Part shown: positions 36,058 to 52,056 of the stretch, piece by piece
Position numbering within the stretch: position 1 is the stretch's first letter
Layout: the number at the start of each line of letters is the position of its first letter
From: Oikopleura dioica
Lineage: Eukaryota; Animalia; Chordata
NCBI GenBank assembly: GCA_907165135.1
Contig: OU015567.1
Span: 6,758,001 to 6,822,000 of the forward strand
Length of the DNA stretch: 64,000 nt
Direction of reading: 5' to 3'
Notes under the pieces: model-generated
Databases searched by the model: none
What the model was told of the DNA's origin: nothing
Seen by the model: the letters and a program-made list of their open reading frames with translations, nothing else
Position numbers and translations under genes: made by a program

Positions 36058-36290
36058 AAAATCCACTCCATCCGCTCAAAATCCACTCCATCCACTCAAA
36101 ATCCACTCCATCCACTCAAAATCCACTCCAAAGTAGATTTCACAGGTTGGAGTGGAGTGGAGCGAATGAGTGGATACTAAAAATATAGGCTGAGGGAGTG
36201 GAGTGGAGTGGATCCACTCCGCTCACGCTCCACTCCACTCCGCTCAAAATCCACTCCATCGCTCAGCAAAATTGGAACCCTGGGCTCCAC
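36058..36290. repeat. CCACT/AGTGG-based 20-bp tandem repeats and hairpin; probable foldback/MITE fragment
   Basis: AAAATCCACTCCATCC(A/G)CTC x3-4, then GAGTGGAGTGGAGTGG...CCACTCCACTCC; ends ...GGAACCCTG. Confidence 0.6.
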
Positions 36291-36337
36291 ACTCCTAAAA
36301 AACCAAAAATTACAAAAAAGACAAATCAAGGGGGCGC

Positions 36338-36593
36338 ACTGACTATGTCAGGAATGTCAGGAATGTCAGGAATGTCAGGATTTTTCAATTTAGGGGTATA
36401 AGATGTGGGAAATTATTCCAAAAAAAATTTTTTTCGAGCAGTGAGAGTTGGGCCCCGCCAACCCAATGAGTTTTCTACCAGAAAATGCATGCGTAAGGGC
36501 CTTTAGGCCCTTATACATGCCCAATATCGTCGAATCTTTTTTTCCTGATTTTGGCCAAATCCTGACATTCCTGACATTCCTGACATAGTCAGT
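36338..36593. mobile_element. 256-bp MITE whose TIRs are built from a 9-bp ATGTCAGGA repeat
   Basis: ACTGACT(ATGTCAGGA)x4 at the left end and the reverse complement with 3 units at the right end; no TSD detected. Confidence 0.7.
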
Positions 36594-36629
36594 ATCCTCC
36601 AAATCAAGCTCTTACTTCAACAATTTCAT

Positions 36630-37517
36630 CTATTGCTTTTCTTTGACGACTATCGAGTGGTTGGTAAAGAAGTGTCCACGCAGTTTTCCAATCGCAGAAA
36701 AGAAAATAATAAAGATTATATGCAAAATAACCATCTCCAGTCGCGCCTTGAGCATGAATACTGAATCCTGGCGTCCCAGCAGCTTCATTTTGTAAAAATT
36801 TAAATTCTCAAAAAACTTACCTAGGGCTAAACATTTTTTGTATTTTGATCCTCTTCTGGCGTACCCCATTCTTCGGTAGCCTTCTCGTCCGGTATCTTCC
36901 ATAACGAGCCCGAAGTCGATAATTTTCGGAATTCCACCAACAATCAAAATGTTTTCTAATTTCAGATCGCGATGCCAAATTCCACGACTCCACAAATATT
37001 CATGTCCATCCAAAATTCCACTCGCGATCTTCTTTCTAGTTTCTAGACCAATTTTTTCTTCCTTCAACAAACTCCTCAAATTCTCCTCTCCTTTTTCCAT
37101 GATCGTAATCCACCCCAAACAATCTTTTCTTTTCTCGTCTCTGCCGTGAAACAGCTCAATATTGACAAAGTTGTAAACAACGTTCTGATGGATGGCATTT
37201 GATTTTCGCACTCTGATGATCCTTCGTTTTCCGATTCTTCTTTTGCTGGTTCAAATTCTCAAAAAACCTTTAAAATATATTTCAAGCCCGTTTTAACCTT
37301 TCGAAAGATGTATCTCACAAGTAAAACCGTCATTTTCAAATTCCTCGGTAAAAATAAACGGATCAAAAACCTGCACTCGCACAACTACATCAAAACCGTC
37401 GAAATTTTCAGCTAGAACAATCGCTTCTCCTCCTCGCGAAAGCAGCTTCTCTTCCAAATCTTCATCTAATTGCCAATCACCAGACTCTTCCTTCAAGGAA
37501 GTTCCTTGATCTCCCAT
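36630..37517 (-). pseudogene. Kinase half of a second kinase-papain gene; papain core exon missing
   Basis: LLSRGGEAIV, VVVRVQ, DCLGWITIMEK, WHRDLKLENIL, IIDFG, GTPGF, CDWKTAWTL; same intron positions as the 15325-17835 gene; downstream sequence is repeats until the 35010-35200 tail. Confidence 0.7.
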
Positions 37518-38087
37518 CGTCCAATCTTCTCATCAATAAGAGACGGCTTTTGTTCAAGAATTACTTTTTGAAATTCTGACTGCTCAAACTCCTCAAGTTT
37601 TATATCATCCCTGTTGTAAATCGTTCCACGGCCTTTTTTATCAAATTTTATAAATTAGCTGCAAGAGAGTTTATTATTAAATAGTCTTGGAAAAAAAATG
37701 TAAATATCTGAGAAATAATTGAGAACTTCTATCTATCAAAAAATAATTCTAAAGAGCAGTAACGAAGAGAAACAAACGAGTCGATTAAATAGCCGCATAG
37801 GTAGTATACTGTGCTGGTGAAATTATTTGATTGATGATACAAAATGACATTGAAGATGAAAATGATTCCAGCCAGTCAGTTCGTGAGCTCCCCAGAATAG
37901 CCAGCAAGAAAGACCTTCACAGAAAGGTAACTTATGTTCGCTCATAGAATGAGGGATGAAGGATGTTATTCAGAAACAGTTTACAAGGCAAAACAGCTGG
38001 AAGAATCTCTCTCTTGCATGATTTATTATTTAAATTTTCCAAAATCTAAAATTCACTGCACAACTTTTTTATAACTTAAAAATGTCT

Positions 38088-38290
38088 TCAACTGCTTGAT
38101 TTTACAACATATTCTGGAATAAGCTGGATGGTGTAAGCAGTAGGATGATGAAATTACTTGTTTTCCTCCATGTTTCCGAACTCTTCGTTCACCAATTTAC
38201 ATTTTATTCCGTCATCTTCGAAGATCGTGCTTGATGTCCTGTTGTTAATGCGCCAGATGTGACCGTAGTCGGTGTAGTATAGATTCTTTT
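38088..38290 (-). pseudogene. 3' fragment of a third kinase-papain paralogue with an in-frame stop
   Basis: VLRIPQKNLYY...CKLVNEEFGNMEENK*FHHPTAYTIQLIPE (TAA where the paralogue has TGG). Confidence 0.7.
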
Positions 38291-38641
38291 GCGGAATGCG
38301 GAGGACTAAAAGAGGCTCATTTAATAGTTGCATGAAATACGATTCTCCTTCATATGATGCTAATATTTGATCAAATGACTTGAGCCAAAGCCAATTTATA
38401 ATTAACGAAAACTAGAAAAAACTCATTTCTATGGATCTTGCATGAATGTTTATAAATAATTATAGTTTGCCAAACGTTTTTACTTGGAAACTGCGAGCCG
38501 CCTGCAATCTTGGTTTTCTTGAAAAAAAAACAAACAATACCGAAATATGGCCGAAATTATGATTTTTTCAAAGAAAGTTTTTCAGAGGAAATCGCCGAAC
38601 AGAGAAAATTTGAATCCAATTTGAAATTTTGACAGTCGAGC

Positions 38642-39659
38642 TTAGGCGCTTCCGCACTTCATTTGCTTGAGTTTTCGGGTGACGAGCATTTGTCGCTGTC
38701 GCTGGATGAGTCTGGTCAATTTGATTGGATCGTAGTCGGCGTCGGGCATGCAGACGAAAGAGTCGGTGAAGGAGATGAGAGAGGCGAAAAGGCCATTCAA
38801 TTCCTCGCAGGCGTCGGCGGAATCGACTGGTGCGACGAAAGTGGTGTGGTCGTTCGAGCCAGCGGGGTAGGTGCAGGGATCGGTGGAAGACAAGGAGTTG
38901 AGCTTTTGCATCTTGGCGAAGAAAGCGTTGAATCGAGCGACCTTTTTCGAAGCGAGGACAGAATTGGCGCCGAGGCCGGGAAGAGCAGCGTAGAAGTCGT
39001 CGACACGGACGGCAACGTCGGTGGCAGCGGCGTCGATCTGCGCCCAAGCATCGGCGGGAGTAGGAGCGGCATCACCCGTTTCGGTTCCAGCGCCGCCGTC
39101 AAACACGATGTCGATCTCGAAGCCTTTGTACTGCATCATTCCGTCGGCGTTGAAAGTGATCGTCGCGGTGTTTCCAGTGACAGTTCGCCTTGTAAAACCA
39201 TTTCTGTTTATTTCGACACCAGTGCGTGGACTGAGAGAGTGTTCCTTCCTTGCCGACGCGGCAACGTCTCGTTTTCGTCGAAGAGTGCTGGGATCGGAAT
39301 AGCCACAGTACCTCGCTACGTTACCTGACCCATCGATGATCTCGAGATAATCGTACGAACAATTATAATTATATTCAACGGCAAATTTTTCGCGACCAGA
39401 TCGAACTCCGTGACCGACGAATCCAGCAAGACGTTCCAGGTACACACCATGTCGGCGTAATAGTATGGGCCAATCATGGGAGGGACGATCGTCTGCTCGC
39501 TTGTAATCGTTCCGCCGCATGTTATACCGTGGGAGCTGGCGTAGTCGCCATAAGAGACATACGAGTCATAGGCGACGGCGGAAGCAATGAGGCTCTTGGC
39601 GACGAGGATCTTAACAAAATTATCATTTTTTCATTTTTCTTTACAAGATTTACCTTCAT
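38642..39659 (-). CDS. Secreted CUB-domain protein with internal RRKR and a Cys-containing helical C-terminal domain; -1 frameshift in an A/T run at ~39385
   Basis: MK|ILVAKSLIASAVA signal; CGGTIT...PYYYADMVCTW...F(A)VEYNYNCSYDYLEI...YCG...ITFNADG...KGF. Confidence 0.85.
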
Positions 39660-41134
39660 TCTCGTCCCACTTTCAGATTTTTAATCAGCTTGTCAGACTC
39701 GTTTTTGAATCTGAATTCGATCGAATCCGCCGCGTTTTTATGGGCCATGATTCTTGAGCTGTCGCGAGCGGGCGATAGTAAGCAAGTAAGGTACTTTCAC
39801 GAGCGGTTCCAAACGCGTTGCCAACCAGGCTTGTCTAGTTAGAAAACAAAGTGTAGAAGAGAAAATAGACAGCAAATGAGTAAGCAATTCAGTCAGTGCA
39901 TTTTTGATGAAATGTATAAATTTTAATCCAAATTAAAAATATTAACGCTCTTTCAGACCCTGACTCTGATTTTCCACACAGACTCGTCAGCGAAAAAAAA
40001 ATACAAAAAAATATTGATTTTTCTTGTTCAAAAATTCTCTTTATCAAATATGGTGTTTATAGAAATTTCCATTACCGAAGAAAAAAAGCTGAGGGAAACG
40101 GTCGGCTACAATAGCCCGTTTATTCTTTACAAAACTGAATGTAAAAATTTGTCTCAGAAATATTTACTTAGCGAATAATCGAGAGACTTTACTTGATACC
40201 CCGGTGCGCCTGGCCCTATTTAAAGAGAGGTGGATTCCCGCTGAGTTTTTGTGCGCAAACAGATAAACAGACCGATTTTTATCATCAATATTGTCTTAAT
40301 GCGACTCAATGAATTTTTTCTTATATAAAAAAACACGAGCTTTTTAATGAGCTTAGTTTTATTATGAAATCGATAATATTTGAGGCACTTTAGTGGGCTT
40401 GAACTTGAGCTTCTGTGTACCGCTGTAACTCTCCTCCAAAATAAGCTAAAATAAATATTCGAATTGATTTAAAAAGAGGAGAAAAAGTTACGTATGTCTA
40501 CTAATTTTCATGAAAATTCAAGCATTTTGAGCGAGTCGATCGGCGAAGATGAGTGTTGTGCGCGCTCACAAAAATAAGGTCAACTTTGAGCGCTAGAAAA
40601 AGGGGTTAACCATGAACATTTTATAATTTTTAAACGTTTCCACGGCGGTTCAAGCGATTATCTAAATTTCTGTTAAATTAGAATTTTGATATCTATTCTA
40701 CTTCTTCCCAAAACTAAACGTCGAAAATTTCCGATTTTGGGGCTTTGAAGCGCCGCGCTCATCACTTTTCGGCACCGGAAGACGGAAATAAGGTTTTTCC
40801 GGGGTTTTCGAACACGCTGAATTAATTTAACTATAAATAAACTTGATTGGAAAAATTTTACACTTTTGTCTAAATTGGATTAAATTTGTCCTAAGGAAAC
40901 TGTTCCATTTATGTTGCATCTCTTCAAATTTCAAGGCGCAAAAATGATGAATAGCTTGAAGACTCGGCGTCCCTGGCAAAAAAATAGACTGATAATGAAC
41001 GCCAACTTGGCGAATATACGATTATGGTGTAAATACTGACTCCAATTAGGCTATAAACATGGAACGCAAATTTACGAAAGAACATCGATCGACTAAATCG
41101 AGGTCAGTCTATTTTTTAATTTCTCGTCTTTTAA

Positions 41135-41888
41135 GGGTGTCCCCAACGATCGAGGCCGAGATTGTCTAATTCGGTGACTCAAATTTTTCTTTTTATTTAG
41201 GAAATTCCGATTCCGAACCATTTTTTAGATCTTCAATATCTGTTAAAATATCCATTGTCTGAGGATCATTTTTATATATTTTGTCAAGGGAGTTACGCCA
41301 CGTGATGACCCGTGACAGAGCTCTGAAAGTGGCTTATTTTGACCAAAAAATTTACTTAGAAAAAATTCGCGAAATTTTTGACTTTTCGAAGTCGACAGAT
41401 TCATATGAATGAGGGCTCTATAGATAGCTTATACAAAGCTGAATCAGTAAAAAATAGTTTCGATGGAATATTTAGCTACTTAGAGGCGCTACAGAGCATA
41501 GAAAGTCTTAAAAATAGACAAAATCAGTCGAAAAAGTTTTTGTAAAGAAAAAATCTACAAACTTTGACAACATCAGATGCCTGTACTAGAGGTTGTAGTT
41601 AAGGGTACAAGAAAGGTTTTAAGAATAAGATCGGTGAAATATATCAGAGGGAAAAAAAGTAGATCGACTTTGAAAATGACCCAAAAGTGGTTTTTTCGCG
41701 ACTATCAATGTCTTTAGGGTTATTTTTAGAGGTGATTGAATTACCGTGATTCGCCTTTTAAAATTTAATTTCCATACTAGAGATTGCTCATAAAAAATGG
41801 GCTTCAAAAAATGCCCCTCACTTCTAAGATAGCTAAGCCCGAAAATAAGTAGTTCGAGCTCAAAGTTGGCCAAATCAGGGGGGATCCC
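41135..41888. mobile_element. 754-bp TTAA-flanked non-autonomous element with short imperfect GGG..CCC termini
   Basis: TTAA-GGGTGTCCCC ... GGGGGGATCCC-TTAA (41131-34, 41889-92). Confidence 0.55.
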
Positions 41889-41892
41889 TTAA

Positions 41893-42168
41893 TGGTAGAA
41901 CATCAAATCGAACCGGCGCGCCTCGCTCGATCAGCGCCCCACCGTGACCTACTTTTCAGAAAACCGTAACTTCTGTCACTTTCTCCTATTTTTTAGCTCA
42001 CGATTTCGCTAATTTTCAGTATGCAAGTAGAGAAGGCTTCAATCATCTACACTCAAAAGAAAGTTTGTAAATAAGTTTATCCTTTCAGAAGTTACGGTCT
42101 TTTGAAAAGTGGGTCACGGTAGGACGCGGAACGAGCGAGGCGCGCCGCTTCGAAATGATGTTCTACCC
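41893..42168. mobile_element. 276-bp MITE with ~75-bp imperfect TIRs, TTAA-flanked
   Basis: (T/G)GGTAGAACATCA..TCGAA.CGGCGCGCCTCGCTCG...CGAGCGAGGCGCGCCGCTTCGAAATGATGTTCTACCC-TTAA. Confidence 0.85.
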
Positions 42169-42172
42169 TTAA

Positions 42173-42246
42173 CCCTACGACGACAAACCGAAATTTCACC
42201 CACCGATGACAATTGTGCCATATATGGCAAATTTGTCGTCGTAAGG
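42173..42246. mobile_element. 74-bp piggyBac-like mini element
   Basis: TTAA-CCCTACGACGACAAA ... TTTGTCGTCGTAAGG-TTAA. Confidence 0.75.
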
Positions 42247-43119
42247 TTAAAAGTCTTCGCCCCTGTATTATAGGATTTTTTAGGAGAGTTCATTAGGCTA
42301 AAAATCCAAATCTTTAAAAAAAGTGGTATTGGAATACCTAAAAACCTTTGGGGGATCCTTAGAAGCTTCATTTTCTTCATAATTAACCAGATTGTTTACG
42401 ACAGCAAGTGTCGCAAGCACAAGTACCACACCGTAAGCAAACCAAGGTATATTATGGCTCGCCACGGGCACGTTCAGCGTTCCAAATGAACCCCCGCGTC
42501 TAGTGTTAATTTAACACTGTTAAACATTTCGACTTTGTCTAAAATTTAGACGCGTCAGCCTAAGTAGAAGAATTTTGATTTTTTTGTTATTTGTTGCGCA
42601 AAATCAAATATTGGATATTTCATTACCGCCCTGCGCTGCGTAATATTCGTTGATTTGATCCTGGTTGAAATGAGTCTGTATTGCTTGTCCTTGTCCTGCC
42701 ACATGAAAATGAAAACAAGAACACTGAATATCACTCATATCTTTTCATAAAACTTTGGACACCATAGACTATGGTCCATAGTTCAATGAAAAAAGCAATT
42801 AGTTTAGTTGCATGAGAGTTTATTATTAAATAGTCTTTGAAAAAATGTAAATATCTGTGTAAAAGTTGAGAACTTGAGATGAAAATTTTGCATTTACAGA
42901 GGCAGAAATTCAAGCAATTCGAACTCGCTATCTATCAAAAAACAAGTCTAAAGAGCAGTAACGAAAAAAGAGAAAAACAAACGAGTCGATTAAAAAGCTG
43001 TATAGGTAGTATACTGTGCTGGTTAAATTATTTGAAGGTAACGAGTCGACAGCTCGTCCGAACCAAAAGAACTAGTGTTATCAGGCTAGAAATAGGAAAA
43101 AACGAGATCTGGGAACAAG

Positions 43120-47508
<4,389 letters not shown>

Positions 47509-48423
47509 CCTCGCTTCGAGGGAATGTTTCAATTCCGCATCTGAATTTATCATAAACATCCGGCATCGATTTTTCAAACAAATTAACTTTTTTTTTCATT
47601 CAGTGAACAAGTCGGAATATTTTGAAAAGGGGTTTTCAAAAAGGGGTTCTTATTTTTAATATTAGGTAGTTCAGGCTCTGAAAAATGATATAACAGTAAT
47701 AATTATTTATAATGCTGAAATACGTGGAAAATAATAGTAAAAAGAAAAGAGTGATAGGGAAACGGTAAAAGTATTGAATTCTAAAAATATGTGCACTTTT
47801 ATGTTTTTTGTTCATAAGTACGCAATCTCATGGTTTTGGTGACATTGAACTAAATAGCAAATAGTAAAAACGCGTAAATACATAATAATCGTAATAGTGA
47901 AATAGTAAAAATAATAATTGAAGCATTATTTAATCATTTGTAACAATAAAAATCTCAAAATCGAACAATAGAAGTTGATATTTGCCATTTCCTCAAACCT
48001 GCTAAAGCTCTCGAACTCGTAGATCTACCAGTACTTCGCATCATGAAAAAATTGCAAATTCGTATGTAAGAAAGTTGGAATTTCTAACTTATTTTCGAAG
48101 AAGATCTATTTTCGTCATCTTTATATAGAGAAAGAGAATGAGGGCGCTGCCTTATGGATGCCGAAATAAAAATTCTCATCGTTCAAGCGACGTAAGAAAT
48201 CGTCAAGATCGCTCCAGATCAATTGGTATTTATGAAGCATAGCGCTGAGAAGACTAAGCGTTTGTTTGCTTAGGGCAGGAATTTTGCCCTCTGCTTCTTT
48301 GTCAAGTAAATTTTATGATTGTTTTGATGACTTAAACTTTCACTAGCTTTGTTTTTTCATTCATCAAGAACGATTCTGATGTAATGATTTCACGCAAAGA
48401 ATGATTGAATACCGGAGAAGAAA

Positions 48424-48534
48424 GGCTCGGCAACCTGTGAGGAAAACCTGAATCAGGGTCTGAGAAATCTGCGCGGCTAGTCATTGAAGATCTTTCAGAC
48501 CCTGACTCAGGTTTTTTACACAACTTCTTGAGCC
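48424..48534. repeat. Short inverted-repeat element (CAGACCCTGACTCAGG family), copy 1
   Basis: ~40-bp arms GGCTCGGCAACCTGTGAGGAAAACCTGAATCAGGGTCTGA / TCAGACCCTGACTCAGGTTTTTTACACAACTTCTTGAGCC. Confidence 0.7.
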
Positions 48535-49125
48535 CAGCTGAGTATCAGACCTTTTCCTGCAGAATTACTGTAAGTCGTGCATGATTGAGCTTTCCGAAAA
48601 TGAGGAAATCATGTGAATAAACTTGATATCTTCCGATATCGTCAGAAGTTGTCAGAATACAAAGAATTGAGTAACTAAGTTGGTTTTTATTCTATACATT
48701 TTGACATCTCTGCTTCTTTCTTTTTGACGTCTTTTGCGAATTGCATAAATCTTACAAAATAAGTTAAGTTTAGGAAGAATAAAACAAAATTGAAGATCTT
48801 CATCTAACAATAAGATGAGACATAAAATTAAAAGAAGAAGATAGAAAAACTCGAATAGCAAGTTTAAGAAGCAAGTACGAACAAGCAAGTATCTTTATAA
48901 GTATAATTTTTACAGGTACATGGAACTTGTGGCTTTTTGAAGAACATCGTACATTTTTTCTGTCGGGAAACTAGAATGGGAGTATCCACAAAATAATGTT
49001 TACAAGCACTGTCTGAAAAAGGGATCGACAAATCTTTCCTTTATGATAAATATATTTACACAAGAGGACTTCTGCTATAATGTCGATAAATAGTCTGAAT
49101 GACGTCCTGGTTGAACGAAATTTGA

Positions 49126-49270
49126 AGCTGGGGTCGGCTTCCTGTGTGAAAAACTTGAGTCAGGGACTGAAGAAGCCGCGTTACAAAATTACTTTTCCAC
49201 TACATGGCTTTTCATCTAAGATGTTTCAGACCCTGACTCAGGTTTTCTACACAGGTAGCCGAGCTCAGCT
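49126..49270. repeat. Short inverted-repeat element (CAGACCCTGACTCAGG family), copy 2
   Basis: ~46-bp arms with an unrelated ~52-bp spacer; single arms also at ~39952 and ~56379. Confidence 0.75.
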
Positions 49271-49566
49271 TTATTTTTCTATTACCAGGACGGTATTTCG
49301 ACTACATATAGTCTTTATGATATAGACATTTCAGAAGATGTTTTGTGTGCCAATTGTATGAATAATGAAACCTCCATTTTTCTTAAAAAATTTAAAGTTT
49401 ACATTATCGTTGATCCCGTAACAAGGCAGTAAGACACATTATTGACGTCGCCAGATATATAAACTTATATAATAATACTTTGAAGATATTGAGGTGAATA
49501 TTCTGCTCCTCAACGGGTTTCATTTGACTAAAAAGGGTTTAAAATTCATGTCGGAGGAATATTTTC

Positions 49567-51765
49567 TTACGGAATGTTGCCGTTTATGTAGGGCTTGTCT
49601 TCTAGCTTCGGGAAGAAGCCGAAGTTGGAGAAGTGGTTGAGCATGAGCTCTTTGCGCGACCAAAGCGCCATGAGTTTTTCTTTGACACCGTTTGTTTTAT
49701 ATTATCCACCCGTTTTTTGAACCCCTCTAGAAAAGGGATGAGGACATCCTGAGATTATTTTAACCCCCCTACGCCACAGAATAGACCTTTACCTCTTATT
49801 TTAGCTGCATTGAGGCACTGTATGATGCCTGTACTCCGAGTCCATAGACTCCCCAAAAGGGGTCAAAATGAGCGAAATCGGGTTTTTCCGGCTTAATGAC
49901 GTCATAAGTCAAAGAACATGTGACAATAACTTTCTCTAAGTACCCCTACGCCACAGATCAGACCCTAAGCTACATTCTGGTACTTTAGGGAACCCTCTGT
50001 GATAACTGTGGTCGGAGAGCATAGACTCCCCAGCTTGGGTTAATATAAAACAAACGGTGTCTTTGACATTTTCTTCGGACATGTCAGGTTGAATGTCAAT
50101 GACGGTGAAATGAATGCGAACAGTTTGCGCGTTCCCGAGCCACCAGTTCCACAAGCATGCTTCTTTTTCGTTTTCGTAGCAGAGAGTTGCGTCGATTATC
50201 TTTTTGAAATTGGCGCTCTAAAATTCCGCGTTATCATTGGCCGATTAAAATAAGTTACTTTTGCGGCAGTGTAAACGCCCAAATGTCGGGGATAAGTGAC
50301 GTAAGAGAGGTGAGGCAGGCCGTTTTTCGTGGCAAATTTGTTCGAAGCTTGAAGTCGTTTGTATCGGAAGCCGCCTTCTGGAAATATCAGGAGCCAGTTT
50401 CGCAGTTTGTCAGAAGTCTTGGTGAAGTTAGTTTTGCAGTATTCCGCCAAGCGCTGAAGAAATCCGTTAGTTTTTGCTCAAAAAGTCTTTCGAGTCGACG
50501 GGAGGGTATAAAAAGCGCTGCTCTCCTGTCCAAGCTCAGAAAAGAGATTCAAAAAGACCCAAAATGTCCTCCACGAGCAAAGTTTCTCCAACTTTATTTG
50601 ATGAAGAGAACGACTTTTCAGAAAACGTCCAGAACCTGGAAGAACGCTACTTGAAAAACGAAGGTATTGAGATAACATTCTTAATCTTGTTATTACGTTT
50701 CTTTTTAGAGGAAAATCACAAGCGCTGTTTGGAAAATTTGGAGCAGCAAATCAGGCTCCTTGGCGAGGAAAACTTGAATCTCCGCACAACCCTTTTCGAT
50801 TTGAAAGAAGCTCAGAAGCGTAAAAAGGCCGAAATGGAGGAGGAGCGAGGTAAGAAATATACGAAAAAAGCCGATGAAAGTAAAAATTACAGGTCGAAAG
50901 AAGAATCGGAATTCTGAGAGGTACAGTGCGCCTGTCATTACATCTCGACCTCCAGGGGACCGATGCTACGGCTGCAACCAAACTTTGCCTGAAGATAAAG
51001 CTATACAAGTAAGTCAAAAACAGGAACAATCTAACCACTAATCACTGTTTTAGGAGATGCTCCTCAATACCCAGGGCTTCATCCGACCCCAAGAACCTGT
51101 CGCCTTTCGAAAACCAAAAGCCAAGAAAGAAAAGCGTCGAACTATGCTCTAGTTTTTCCCACTGAAACTTCCTGTAGCTAGGAAATAAAACAACTCACGG
51201 CTAGTTCATGTTCTTTGATATTCTCTGGGTCGCAGGGCGCAGCAAATCTGAACTGCTTGGCATCGGCCTGTTGCCAAATGAAGAAGTCGTCGTGACCCAA
51301 GCAGACCCAGCCGAAACTCGACAGTTTAAAAATCGCGTCCATAATCCAAGTAACAGCGCCTTGCAGCCCTTTGAGCGTTACTAGAGGCCACATGAGGGCA
51401 GAAATGTCGCAGGTGTTTTGATGATTCGCTACGAGAATGCATTTTTCATTCACCAGCTCTTCCAATTTCTCGTACTAAAAAAAACTGTTCTCTTCGTTGA
51501 TTTCAAAATGTCTTACATCGCCGGAGACGATCATCTTCCAGCCATTTTCAAAGCCCCAGGAGGAGCAGAAGAAGAAAGTTATGTGGTACAAGTTCCTTTC
51601 TATCGTATCAAAGAGCTGCTTATCCACACATTTGATCGGCAAGGCGCAAATATGAAGACACCAATAGCCGAAGACGCCAGTGATGTTATTCAACGCCACC
51701 CAGAGGAACTGCAAGGTCGCGATCGGAACTCGCAACCATGGATTCGATTTCAGCTGTACTAACAT
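49567..51765 (-). CDS. LPGAT1: Lysophospholipid acyltransferase (LPGAT1-like); last exon interrupted by a transposon
   Basis: VANHQNTCD (NHx4D), WIMDAIFK, LIFPEGGF, VTYPR; terminal LMALWSRKELMLNHF...FP. Confidence 0.82.
49686..50059. mobile_element. 374-bp MITE with 19-bp TIRs (CA...TG) and 7-bp TSD, P-superfamily-like
   Basis: TIR CACCGTTTGTTTTATATTA; TSD TCTTTGA at 49679-49685 and 50060-50066; internal ~176-bp-spaced direct repeats CCCCTACGCCACAGA...CATAGACTCCCCA. Confidence 0.85.
50564..51165 (+). CDS. Small coiled-coil protein (CCDC92/CCDC74-like N-terminal coil) nested antisense in an LPGAT1 intron
   Basis: ATG 50564, three GT-AG introns keeping frame, EENHKRCLENLEQQIRLLGEENLNLRTTL; stop at 51163-65. 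Confidence 0.6.
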
Positions 51766-52056
51766 TCTTCTAAAAACAGTCTTTGAAATTCGGGCTTTTC
51801 GTTGAATTAAAGAAGAGAATAGTGTTGAATTCAATTAACGAAAGAGGAGGTAGTAGCAAGGAAGTAGAGTAGTAAAGAAAGGAGATCATCACTGTTGTGG
51901 CAAGATACAGTAACGAACAAATCGCTGAACCGTGCTTCCTTTCGATTTATATTTTTACCTTAGTTTTCTAATTAGAACAAAATGCTCTATAAATAATTTT
52001 TGAATTGAAAAGGCGTTACTTTGTGCACCAAAAATAGAATCCAAAGAGTTGAACTG

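Noticed and set aside
48040-48330. Coding-like fragment on minus (HKYQLIWSDLDDFLRRLNDENFLFRHP)
   Set aside because: Short, bounded by stops, no recognisable RT or other motif.
49764-50039. piggyBac-like TTAA-CCC...GGG-TTAA unit
   Set aside because: Only 3 bp of inverted match; better explained as the interior of the 374-bp element with 19-bp TIRs.
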